A DNA stretch of 63,784 nucleotides, the filler included, from Collodictyon triciliatum (taxonomy: Eukaryota): assembly GCA_043381765.1 (NCBI GenBank). It is 5 parts of 5 records of this genome, joined end to end, with 100 filler letters (N's around TTAATTAATTAA, not from the genome) between each part and the next. Parts side by side here need not be neighbours in the genome. Positions count along the whole stretch, not along the records: positions 1 to 19,370 come from JBHJMP010001303.1; positions 19,471 to 38,772 come from JBHJMP010001304.1; 3 more parts are not named here. One strand, written 5' to 3'. A program made the position numbers and the translations under genes. The notes under the pieces are model-generated. The model did not search any database and had not been told where the DNA came from. It saw only the letters and a program-made list of their open reading frames with translations. The number at the start of each line of letters is the position of its first letter. Within the stretch, counting starts at the first letter, position 1. Shown in pieces: positions 13,416-29,100 of this stretch.

Positions 13416-16400
13416 TTATATTTCATGGTCAAACAAAACCAGCTCTGCAATGCCGTGTTCATCACCACTTGGTCCGCACCAGAAAGGGAGATTTGTAATC
13501 CCTTGGGGCGCTCTCTTTATGACAGCCTCTTGCATTCCGGTTTGTATAAGAAAGCGCCTCAGATTGGTCAATCCGATGATTCCTGTGGGAAGCTCGTTTA
13601 TCTGAACCCAGATGAAACCAATAAATTGTAATTTAGTTAATTTTCAAATCAGTCATGAGAAATGAAGCGGGCAAACCTCGTTGTCACAAACGTCAAGATA
13701 AGTCAGTTGGACCAAACTTGATATTCCTGTTGGAAGGCAAGATATCTACCAAAAATAAGAAAGTTAGAAAATGGCACTGGATGAACTTGTGATGATAAGA
13801 AGAAAAATACTTGATTAGACGACAAATCTAACGCTATCAGGTTCATCAACGAAAGGCATTGTTGGGGGAATGTCGTAAGCTGTTTACATAAAATGTAGTT
13901 TAGTTGAGTGCCAGACAGTCTTTTTTTTTTCCCTCCAAATTTATGTTGAAAGCAATTATATGAATAAACTAACGTTGTTCGAGTGCAAATACAGCCTCCT
14001 CAGTTTAGTCAATTTACATAATGAATCTGGGACAACAAACAACCCCATTCTGCCCATCCATAAAGAAGATGCTTGATAAATTCCATGAACAAAAGGCGTA
14101 TATCTCATACTTTGTTGTTGAATACTGTTGAATCCTAGTTTGACATCACACTCCCACGCACAGCTTTTCTTGCCAGCATCAGCCTCTGGTAAGATGTGAT
14201 CACTTATGAACTGGGAAGCAAAAGAGAGCTCATTATGTCGAAATGAGTATCTTTCATGCACATCAGCTTTATCTAACTTCGAAATAATATCACCGTTGAG
14301 CTTACAAGCTTTTACTTTTTCGACTAATCTTTTCGAGGCAGAGTCAGTTTTCTTCTGCAAGAAGCGAACAAGTTGAAAATGGCTAAAATGTTTCACATGT
14401 TTGGTATGGAATTCCGAAGTGTCTTCATCCACAACATGATTTGATAAATGAATAAACTCAGAGACATCGGAGGGACTTATGTGGTATGTTAAAATCATAT
14501 TATCTTCGCTTAATTTGTCTTGGATATCAGTAACCTCATTCCAGTCCATCGTTGAAAGCTTCTCGCTAAGTTTTACGAACCCATGGTCTCGAAGCCACTC
14601 CACAAACTCTCCTCGGTACATATCAAGCAAATTTGAGTATTTTATAGGGAGCCAAGTATGCAACACTTCTGAGTGTGGCCTGGCTTCATTTGAGGACATG
14701 GTACCGATATAATCAGATACTTGCTGTAAGGTCGGTCGGAGCTTATAGTTATGTTTCCAACATGAATTGATCAAGTGCTTTAACTCAATCGGTATTTTTG
14801 CAGGAATTTCAGGCCTGAGACCTCTAATAACCAGGCTTTGAGGTTGTGTTTCATTTTGGAATGGTTCGATGCCGACAAACATGAACCAAATCAGCATTCC
14901 CAGTGCATAAATGTTACTCGGCTCTCCACGATGCCCTATGTTGATTCCCTCTTCCCCATACATTGTTTCGTCTTCAAAATAGTGAGGTTTACATACAATT
15001 TCATGAATCTCAGGACCTTGCCAGTTGAATGTACCTCCTTGCTTCCACTCACCAAATCTCGTTGGGAGGTTAGAACCAACTTTTTCCTGGTCACGGTGAC
15101 TAACGATTCCAAAGTCCACGATTTTCACTGTACCGTTGATGACCATGATATTATCAGCCTTTAAATCCTCATGATAAAGATTCTTTGACTGCATGTATAT
15201 GAGACCGTGTGTGATTTGTTTTGAATATGAAAAAATATCAGAAATTGAGGGTACCCTTCCATTCATTTCCATCATTCTCTTCAACGTGATTCCTGCATTT
15301 TCCATTATCATGAAGAAATCATTATCTTTTCTGTATACACCAAATAGATTCACAATATTTTCAATGCCTCGGCAGTCAAACAAGAACTTGCATTCTAATA
15401 TGAGAGATTCGACAACATCACTCATGCTTCGATATCCAGTGTGGCTGATTGTTTGAATTTTTACAACTGCGTCTTTCCCTTTATATTTTGTTTTGTAAAC
15501 TCGTCCAAAGGCTCCCTTTCCAAGGTATTCGACCAGCTCTACCTGTTCATTTATCCAGCACTCCTTCACTTCTTTATCTATTGACAGTAATTCTAGAACT
15601 TTTTCATGATTTTTTTTAAATGTGCGCCTTTGAGCTCTTGTTGACGACCTAAGCGTTATTCCTTGAATAAATAAATAGAAATTTTAGATTTCTGAGTTTG
15701 ACGGGAAAAAAAAAACTAGGCTACGATTATAGAATTTTTTATCAAAAAAAAAAAAAAACAAATAAGCAATTACCTGGTTCCATGTAGACGCGCCCTTGTT
15801 TAACGATTTTGATGTCCAAACGGTGCTCTTTTGAGCAGACTGTTAGTTCAGCATCATCTATTTTTGCTGATGTCTGGATATGACCAGTATCATCATTAAG
15901 GCGACAAGTTGGACATTCTATTGAGCAATATTGGATAAAATTTGGTCTTATTGACGATATATGTTTGACTAGATAGCAAATGATATCAAAAATGCAAACA
16001 GTACTGTCGCTTTCATCATCTTGAACCACGTCATACTTTCGAATACGAATAGAAATACAATTTTGACTGATTCGGTAGACAACGATATAATCACTTCCTG
16101 GAGCCAACTTTAACTCTTTAGATTTTTTTTTGGATTTAGCTTTCAAATGTACAAGAGCGAGGTCTTTGAAAAAATAGTCTTCGTATTGAATACTGGCTGG
16201 GACTTCTTTAGTCAATCTCAGAGTCTGGACGATGATATTGCTTTTATCAGAGATGTGAACCTCTCCGAACGTCATTATTTTTACTGAAGTTTCTGATATG
16301 CAATCAAACTCTGGCTGTTCATTCCATACTGCAGATACATTTTGGCAGTTCTCCATCAAAGAGGGAAAAGCTATACATTCTTTATTAAAGAGCACTCCTA

Positions 16401-19151
16401 ACCCGAAATGGTCAAAAATAGTAATAACTGCTTCATAAACTTTCTCATCTAGCTCAAGATCTAGTTCTTGTTCGATTTTATCTTTCAATCTGGTTAACAA
16501 GATAATGCCGTTCGATCTTCTTCCTATACCTTTAAAGCTAAAGACACACCGAAAAATACTGATGAGAAAGAGCGGGTCAAGAAAAATGATATCATTGACA
16601 TTTTCTAGTGAGGAGTACCAAACAATCGACCCTAGATCGTGCAAGAATTTGAGAGCATTTCTGCATTGGTTGCTGTTCATACCAAGCTGTTTCTCTGCAA
16701 ATCCAAAGGTCTCTGTTGTTTTTTCATACTTGATTACCTTGCCTTTTGAGTCTAGATACTCTTTCAGTCGAACATATGTTTTGGGAACCTCTTTATTCAT
16801 ATTGTCCAGTTGTATCATGCCTTCATAAATGGCTGTCTTTAGTTCTGAGATCCTTCTTCCGCTTTTACTACTGATTCTAAGCTCGGTGCTCAGGAATACA
16901 TGTCGTTGGTATGTTTCCTTTCTTAATTCGTTGTCTTTGATTTGTTGAATTTCTTTATACATTTCATCTTTGCACTCATGTTTTTGGCAATCTCTATGAG
17001 TTCCGGCAATAATGATTTTCGAGCCAGGTGCGAAATCATCAAGCATTTTTATCCAGCGCCCAATGTTATTCTTCTCTTTCCCTTTATCGAGCCTGTATAG
17101 AATCAAGACAAGGGCGCCTGATGATAGAAAGAATGGATGTGTGACTTGAAATTCCTCCTGTCCTCCAAAATCCCAAATTCTTAAGGAAATCTTTTTTCTG
17201 AAAAATCCTCCTAACACTGACTCATTGATGTCCACATGTGCAATACCATCGGTTCTCTCTCTTTGTGTGTCCGTAGTGTTTTTGAAAAAGAGGGATGTTT
17301 GAGCTATTGACTTTGTGAAAGTTGTCTTGCCTGTTTCACCTTCTCCAAGTAGTAGAAGTCTTCCATGGGTCCATTTAGTGTTGCCATCTGTTGAAGCATC
17401 AAGAAAATCAAACAAAGCCTCTGACCCATTTCGAATGACGTTTTCAGGTATGGTCTTAATTGGGTTCCCAACTACAATTAATCCCCCTCTCATGGATTTG
17501 ATTTTGGCCAGAAATGAGGGAATGTTTTCAATCTGTCAAATCAAAGGATATTACTCTATCAAAACTTCGACATTATGTTGGGCTTAAAATGCGAAAGTAA
17601 CCTTATTGTTGGATAGATTTAGTTCTTCGAGATTTGAAAGGGTAGCCACCAGTTCAGGAATACATACAATCTAAATTAGGAAGATAAAACAGGTATGTTG
17701 CATTCAAAAACTCAAAACAAAATGACTTTGTGTTTGTAGACATATTCCAATATAGAAAATGAAATGGGCAGAAAAAACAAAGGTTATTACCCTTCGTCAT
17801 ATGCAAGAAAATTCAAGCATGGAAATAAACCTGATTGTGACTAATATCAAGTTGCCTCAAGTTTGTCAACATCGATATTTCCCATGGGAAAATCTTTATC
17901 TGCAGATTTTTTTTTGATAACAGAGGTATATCAACATTTGATGCAAAGTAAATATATCAACAAAAGCAATTACCTGGTTGAAAGATAAATCGAGTCTTAT
18001 CATTAAAGTCATCATGCGAATGAATGGAGGTATTTGAATAAACTGTTCAAGTTGATACATTTAGGGACATGTTTTTGAATAATTAATTTTTAAAAAATTT
18101 CGGCTTCGACAATAAACTCATATAATGTACAATCAAATTATGTCACACCAACTAAAAATGTTTCGATATCATAGCATGATATTCTCACCAAGTTCTGGCT
18201 TATGCTGAGATGCGATACATAAGACATACTCGACATGCCATCGGGGAGCATTGTAAGCCCTTTTTTTGTAAAATTCAACGATTGAAGATGGATGTATGAC
18301 TCACTAGGAGACCAGCCAGGCTTCAAAATATTGTCCTCCTGGAATTTTAATTAGATAGTTTGCTCCTAAAAGAATATTATGAACGCTAGACTTACGGGTT
18401 CGTAGAGGGTTAGGTCACGAAGATATCTATAATCGCTGCATCCTGTATTTTCCCAACATGGTATGCTCGTGATGCCTCGTGGAGCACTTTTAAGGTTTAC
18501 TTCCCCTTCATTCTCGATGTAAAGCGACTTTAATTGCGACAGCGACACAATTTGAGGTGGAATATCTTCTATCTATTTAAGTTGACCATTACTCATTTTT
18601 TTTTAAAAAAAAAATTATGAAATTACTCTTACGGGATTGCTGTGAATATAAAGTTCGATGAGATTTGTCAAACATGATATTCCGTGTGGGAGAGATGATA
18701 AAGTGTTGTTATTTAAATGAAGTCTTGACAAGTTTATGAGTTCAGATATTTGTCGAGGAAGAAAGGACAACTTATTGCTCCCAATATTAAGTCCAGTTAG
18801 ATTTGTCAATGACGATATTTCAGGAACAAGAACAGTCAATGAGTTACTATTCAAATACAATCTTTCGAGGCCTGTCAATCGAGATATTTCTGGGGGAAGA
18901 CATAGCAAGCTATTCCACCCGGCATAAAGACTTTTAAGCGCAAAGAGGTGGGATATATCAGGAACCAGAAAAGCTATCTTATTCTTTGATATATCCAACC
19001 ATTCGAGTTGTTTCAAATCAGATATTGCTTGAGGTAGAGATGATAAATCCTTTTCTCTCAGTTGGAGTCCTTTACGACATTGAAGATCTTCAATATTTTT
19101 GTCACCTGTAATTTTGCACAATTCTTCGAACTGAACAAGTTTTTCAGACAT
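13416..19151 (-). CDS. ROCO family protein: LRR - Roc GTPase - COR - TKL-like kinase - SAM-like x2 - LRR
   Basis: 23-aa LRRs. Roc motifs GEGETGKTT, RTDGI, WDFGGQ, GTHRD. COR (ALKFLHDLGSIVWY...IFLDPLFL). Kinase GKGAFGRVY, AVVK, HEDLKADN, DFG. Exons join in frame (15774 to 15661, 13974 to 13879). Stop at 13416. Confidence 0.9.
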
Positions 19152-19370
19152 CTTGAAGCAGGACCGAAAGAAATATATTACTAACACAGATGACCAGTGA
19201 TTTTTATTCTCACTTTCTGCTCTTCTCCTAATTTATACAATAGCATGCTTATGCTTTAGGAAAAAATGATGTGGTACTTGTTCCTTGGTTCTTTTCCTGT
19301 TCTTTTCCTGTTCTTTTCCTGTTCTTTTGTTTTTTTTGTTTTTTTTGTTTTTTTTTTTGTTTTTTTTGTT

Positions 19371-19470
19371 NNNNNNNNNNNNNNNNNNNNNNNNNNNNNN
19401 NNNNNNNNNNNNNNTTAATTAATTAANNNNNNNNNNNNNNNNNNNNNNNNNNNNNNNNNNNNNNNNNNNN
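19371..19470. other. Artificial contig linker N44-TTAATTAATTAA-N44
   Basis: 12-mer with stops in all six frames, centred in 100 bp. The same construct occurs four times. Confidence 0.95.
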
Positions 19471-19557
<87 letters not shown>

Positions 19558-19788
19558 AAAACAAAAAAATCATTTCAAGAAATTGAGGAAATAAGAAAAA
19601 GAGAAAAATGAAGCGTGGGGTAAACTTATACCCGTCGGTTAGTTCTTCATCACATATGTTTTGCTCACGTACGAGATTCTCCTGAATAAGCAAAAATTCT
19701 CCTGGACTTGGCCCATATGAAAAAAAAAAACTTAAAAGTATGAGCAAACTGACCGATGTAATGAACACACGCATTAATCCACGCAGAT

Positions 19789-22567
<2,779 letters not shown>

Positions 22568-22991
22568 GGAAAAGATAAAGTAACTTTTGGAAGCCAACAA
22601 AGTGCTGATTGTCATGGGTTGCGAGGATTCTTTTCTGTTTATTTACATGATGATGGTTTATACCTGTGTGTGCTTCAGAACAAAAAATTTGCTTGTGTAC
22701 TTATGCTTGTTTCGTGACTGTAAGCAGTTTGCTTCTGCATATGTGTTTATATATATTTCTTTTCGCTGATTATTCTCTTGTGATTCGATATGCATAACTG
22801 TAAGTGAGGTTTTATATATACATGAAAGCAAATATTAGTATGCTGGTAGAAGCATGCAAAGAGACTTTGTAAATGGAGGAGGAAGAACTAATTTCATTTC
22901 ACAGCAGAGGATTATGTGTTTGTCTTTTTCTTCTTCTTGATTCGACTCAAAGTATTTGTTTTTCTTATTGCTATCAATTCAACTTTATTTC

Positions 22992-25738
22992 TCATACGAT
23001 GGTGTTAACATCGGTGACAGTGCTTTGTCTCGGACGAGTGTGTGTGGCCGAATTGCAGAGGAAAGCAACACCATTTCCGCTCTGTGAATGCACCGGGACG
23101 AACCAGAGAAGCTTGTTTGTGCCCATCACAGACTCGAAGTTGCGTAGAGTCCCGAGGTCGTACTTGTTTTTCTATTGGGATTGAATTATCAATGGTTTAT
23201 AAATTTTCATTTGATTGAGGTAAGAAGATATGTAACAGGAAACAATAAATAGTGCATTATGTATCACGCTCGGTAAACGCTTCATTGAAATGATTTGATT
23301 TCTTTGATTAAGATTAGTTTTTTCTTCTTCTAATGAGCTATATTTAAAACTTAAATATTGCATAAGGCAAAGATACACTGCGCAAAGTAAGCAATTAATA
23401 TTTACCGTATTCTTTTCTATTTTCTCTATGGTAGTGAGATTTTCAAACAGTTGCCTGGAAATTTCATTTTAATTCATTTTTTTTTTTTTTGGAAAAAGCG
23501 AATACTATCAGGAATGGTTTTCAGGGGGTTTTTTTTTGGTTTAGAAAATTGAAGTACTTACCCTGTTGTGTAGGACGAAAAAAACACAAGTACAATACTA
23601 AAGCAGCCGGAAATAATTATGGTAATCATCACTTTGAGTCTGTTAATCTGAAAAGAGATGGATGTATTTACCAAATGAAGCCCCCGATAAAAAATGCTAC
23701 GTAGAATTTATCATATGCATAGTCGATCTGATATATTTCTCATACCGAAATATCATCCCTATCCATGTGTATGAAATACCAAAAGGAAATGCATGCAGTG
23801 TAGCAGCAAAAAATTGTGCAGTAGACAAGAAATTGGATAAAAAACTTATGGTTCCAAAACCCAACACAGTTGTTTATCCACGGACCTGCATTGCGTATAT
23901 ACTGATATTTTCAATTGGCCTCATACATAAACAGCTTTCACAGACATCTTGTTCGTTGTATTGTTCAATGTGTTGTTTTCCTACAGTGGTGGTCCATTCG
24001 CAGAACACATCTGAAAAATAATTATTTTTTTTTTTAAAAAAAACGATAAGGATGTATTATCAATTAAATTTAAAGGATACACTATGATTATGTGGCAATA
24101 AAGATATACTTTTCGCATACTCTACAGTGATGAGTTCGGTCAGGTTTTGCAAGTGAGCATTTACGACATCTCCTAATGGAGCCGTTTCGTTTGGTCTCCG
24201 TTCTTTAAGATAAATATGCATATAAGTTACAAGATCTATTGCAGACATATCACAGAAATGATTCGATGACACTTTATAGGTACCAAATTTCAGTTAATTA
24301 CCCAGACTCCATTTCGGACTCAAAGCTTTCCTATATACAAACTCTTTTTAAGAGGAAAAATCACTCGTTTGAAGATGGCATGTAATTGAATAGAGCAATC
24401 CAAATTCAAATTCAAATCCAAATCCATGTTGAAATACGATAATGACAAAAAAAGCATTCATACAGCTGTTGCGTCTGTCAAATATCCCGGGTCACCAAAA
24501 GACGAACGTATCAATGTAATAACTGCGAGAATAAACAAGACATGAAAAATGACCGATACCGCGCCTGCTGATGACGATTTTCCATTAGCGCGCATCCCCG
24601 GCTATGTGGGTATTTTTTTTTGATTTAATATTCCTATTACTGTAAGCACAAGACTGCAAATACCATGAAGATTATATGAACCAAAAATGTATAATAATAT
24701 TGATAATTTAAACACTCACGCATACAATAAAAATAGTAGAATAATATCCCCAACACAGGAGTGTCAAAGTGATAATAACTGGGGGAAAATATGCACAATT
24801 TCGGAATACATTTCAGTTTGCGAAAGATACACAATATAAATCAAAAAGAACGAATTTATGATTACGTGGTTTGTTGATTACTAATATATTGAAATTAATG
24901 GTTAGGGTGTTTTATTTTTAAAAAATTAGCAAAGTGTAAGCATACAGGGAATAAGACCCAGTAGCCGGCTTTTGTTCCAAAACTGCTTGCTTATACAAAC
25001 GCATTCGGTTCTTGTCTCGGAGTACGGCTCGCAAGAAGTAGCGCGCATGTATGAATGTGGAAGGAGCATATATGAACGAGATGCTGGCTTCGTTTTCTTC
25101 TATAGTGACTCGCACGATTAATGAAGCTGATAGATGTTGATTCAATAAATGGTGACTTCAAAAACAATAAAATTCCATAATTGCATATAAAAATTACAAA
25201 GGAAATCATGCCCTTACTATAAGACAATTATTTAAGAAAAGAGAAAAAAGAAAAAGAAGAAGAAAAAGAAAAGAAAAGAAAAAGAAAAAGAAAAAAAAGA
25301 AAAAGAAGAAGAAAAGAGAAAAGAAAAGAAAAGAAAAAGAAGAAGAAAAGAGAAAAGAGAAAAGAAGAAAAAGAAGAAAAAGAAGAAGAAAAAGAAAAGA
25401 AAAGAAAAAGAAAAAGAAAAAAAAGAAAAAGAAGAAGAAAAGAGAAAAGAGAAAAGAGAAAAGAGAAAAGAGAAAAGAACAACCTCTACAGAAACTTTTG
25501 ACCGAAAGGCCATCAATTCAGCCAAGTCCAGGCTGCGCCGTCCTGCTTGGGCTTTGCCTTCCAACCGGCCATGTTCCTCCTCGTCCACATCCCTACCCAG
25601 CAAACCGACCCTCGTAAGATCAGCTGCTCCGTATTCCTCCATCTCCACTCCGTCCGGGTCTTCTGTCTCCACTCCCACGTGCCCATGGCTTTGCCCAAGC
25701 GACAAGTGCGGACTGCCGGGTCGCGAAAAGCGATTCAT
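22992..25738 (-). CDS. DHHC-type palmitoyltransferase (ZDHHC family)
   Basis: RCVLRMDHHC joined to PWINNCVGFWNHKFFIQFL, TDPG motif, NLTTIE motif, and the C-terminal KYDLGTLRNFESVMG...WFVP...GNGVAF motif. Confidence 0.9.
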
Positions 25739-26109
25739 GCGCCCTTTCTACACACAAACTCCTGGGTTGCTCTTGACGATTCCTAACCAGCAGCATCCAA
25801 AGCATTCACTTCTTTTTATTGCCTTGCTGCTTGGGTCCAGTCTTATGATGGGGGGTTTTGGCCTTGGGTTTCCTTCTCTACTCGCGAACATCACGCGTCT
25901 AAGACAACTCCATGGGAAACAACTTCCCAATGCTGAGCAAAGACCAGCAAAGACAAAGAAAACGCTAAAGCAAAACATAATAAAATATGATAAAATAAAA
26001 TAAAATAAAAAAGGCCGCTGGTTTCGTTAAAGTGATACAGTATAATAAGCGCGGTATTGCCTTGCCCGGTTTGGTGTCTTTTTGTCGCTTTATTTGTTTG
26101 CGCTGCTGC

Positions 26110-29100
26110 TTAGACAACGTAAAAGTCAGCGGTCTGTGTGCCGACGCGGACGATGAAGCGACCAGCCTCCAACTGGCGGGTGTTGTCAATGCCGTAGAAT
26201 TCCAAGTCGGCTGTGGTGAGTGTGAACTGGACGCTGCGGGTCTGGCCGACTGTGAGGGAAATCTGCGTTGTGATGGCAACGAGTGATGAGGGAATGATGA
26301 CTGTGGTGATGATGCTGCAGACATGCTGACAAAGACAAGCATCGCATACCTTGTCGAAGGCGCGGAGGCGCTTGTTCTCGGGTGTGATGATGCGGTACTC
26401 ATCAGTGATGAAGACAAGGACGGGCTCTTTTCCTTCGTATGGGCCGGAGTTTGTGACATCGACGGAAATCTATGAATGGCCCACAAAATGTCAATTGAAA
26501 ATGCTTTCCATCTGGGTTCATCGTAAATGAAGAGACCAGAGTATTCTGGCAGGGATAAAAACAATCGAGCAAGTCCAGGATTAAAGGGAGTATCAGATAT
26601 GTATGCAATCAAAGTAATAAGATGGTCATGTTCTGAATAAAATGCGCATCATACTAAAATTATCAGAAGGCTGATAGACTTATTTTTTTTTTTAAAAAAA
26701 ATTACGGTAAACGAGGCGCCCGGGGCGACGTTGGTTGGGCTCACACGGAGGTTGGAGTAGACGAAGTTGGAGAAGGAGAGTCCATGTCCGAACTCCCATT
26801 CAACCTTAAGTTATGAATTAACATAGATGCCATCAATTAGGTGTGACGTTGAAGAACAAAATCATGGTATTGGTGAGGATGACAATTCCATACTTCTTCC
26901 CTCCACCAGTTTGTGCGTGATGGTGGAGGTTTTGGCTACTGATAGGGATGACGATAAGAACGACAAGGGATTTGTACCTGGAAAGCATCATTCTCGCTGT
27001 TCTTCCTCCAGTAGGCCAAGGGGATGGCAGCGCCAGTCTTGGGGTAGCTACAACGTGGATTTCGTTCGTCGGTCAACGCCATTATTTTGAAGATAGAAGA
27101 TGAAAGAATGCGTCAAACATCGTTTTTTTTAAGAGTATTTTGTTTTGTAGTCTGCACACCTGTAGGACATCTTGGCGCTGGGGTTGGTGATACCGAGGAT
27201 GATTTCAGCGATTGCTTGGCCTCCGAAGGGACCAGGGAGGAAACCCATGATGACAGAGCGGGCGAGGGAAGGCAGTCCGTTGAGGAGGCGAGGGCGACCC
27301 TCGAGGATGACGAGAACGATGGGCTTTCCGGTCTGAGCAATGGCGCGGACAAGTTGGAGCTGACCAGCATAGAGGTTGAGGTCGGTGATGTCTCCGGGCT
27401 TCTCGGCGTATGGTGGCTCACCAATACAGACAACAGCAACGTCGCTGTTGCGAGCAGCCTCAACGGCAGCGTTGAGCTCATTAGAGTTGCATGTGTCAGC
27501 GGTGATGCCGCATCCAGCGTTGAAGGTGACCTAAGGGGTTTTTTCGTGTGTCCCCATTATTCTAATTGTTCCTCTTATAAAATCTCATATATATGATATA
27601 GATAAGGGAATAACGAATGGCAAAGGTATTCTTACCTGGACACCGGTGGAAGCAGTGAGGGTCTGGAGACTCTTGAAGATGGTTGTTCCGTAGGGGAACT
27701 CGTAGTCTCCAGCAGCACCCTGATATGAGAGATAATAAAATCATAATCGCTTAGTAGATGAGAAAGCAAAAGAGAAGTCCCGTCGAGCGACCTGGCCAAG
27801 CAATATGAAATAATATATCTGAGAGCATAAAACAAACCAAAGGGTGCGTCAGAACAGATTCATACCTGCCAATGGATGGACCAACCACCGGTCTGGTAGG
27901 TGATGGAGTCTCCAGTTGGCCCGACAACGGCAATGCGGCGGACCTCGCGGGTGTTGAGGGGCAGCAGGTTCTAATGACGGTTGTGGTTGGTTGTGATAGA
28001 TGGTGAATTGATTAGAGACAAACAATCAACGAGTAATTAAGAAAAACAAGTGCAAATCCAATACATTGAGTGGATGTTGGTGTGATAATCTGTGTCACAA
28101 CATTTACCTCGTTCTTTGTGAGAACAACAGACTCGCGAGCAGATTCAAGAGACAGCTGGTAGTCACTGGACTGGCCGACAAGGCTGGGGTTGGTTGGCTG
28201 GATGGGGGTGTCGAGAAGACCGAGGCGTTCCTTAAGGTCCAGGATGCGAGCGGCAGACTCGTCAATGCGACTCTCGCTGATGACGCCCTCCCTGAATAGA
28301 AAAAAGTGTACGCGAGTGTTACAGGCAACGTTACGTAGAGTCCAATAAAGAAAGAGAAAAAAGAAAAATATTCAGCGTGAGTGTATGTGCACAGGTGTGT
28401 ATTGAATTGCACAGTGTGGCAGCTGCGTTTGGATGTTTGGCGAGAGGGTTAGAAAAGACTGTGAGGTAAAGAGACAGATGCTTACTTGACCAGTTGGATC
28501 AGGTTGGTGGCGAAGCTGGCAGAGAAGGGAACCATGCTCATATCGATGGAGGTCTGCTGCATGGAAATGCGGGTAGCCTCCTTCTCGCTGCTGGCGACCT
28601 TGTGCCACTCATACAGATTGATGATTTCAGCCCTGGTGGAGAAAGAATTGAGATGGGAAACCGTCTACAGCAAAAAGGGCAATACATACGAGGAAACGAC
28701 TGTTTGACGTAATGCGAAGAAGAAAGTTGTTTGGAAAGGGTGCAGAGACAGGGAATAAAGGCATAAAGGAAGGGCGGAACTAACGGACCAGTCGGTGACG
28801 AGAAGGCCGGTGAAGCCGAGCTCCTCGCGCAGGAGGGTGCGGAGGTACTGCTTGGAGGAGGCAAGAGGAACACCGTTGATCTCATTGTAGGATTCCATGA
28901 CTGTGGCGGCCTTTGCCTTCTGAATACCTGCGCGGAACGACGGCACAAAGTACTCGTTGAGGAAGCGGTCAGGAATCCATGCGCCAGTGCGGTCCAGGCC
29001 GGCCTTCTGAGCGCCGTAGCCAATGAAGTGCTGCACAAGGAGGCGTGTAAGGGCAAGGAGTGTGTAGGTATAGATATAGGTATGTATGTAGATATATGAT

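Noticed and set aside
19415-19426. Perfect palindrome TTAATTAATTAA repeated four times (also 38817, 58081, 62648)
   Set aside because: Always centred in 44+44 Ns. It is an assembly spacer with stops in all six frames, not biology.
22873-23184. Plus-strand ORF as the last exon of the PPR-like gene
   Set aside because: The opposite strand encodes the conserved C-terminal exon of the DHHC enzyme.
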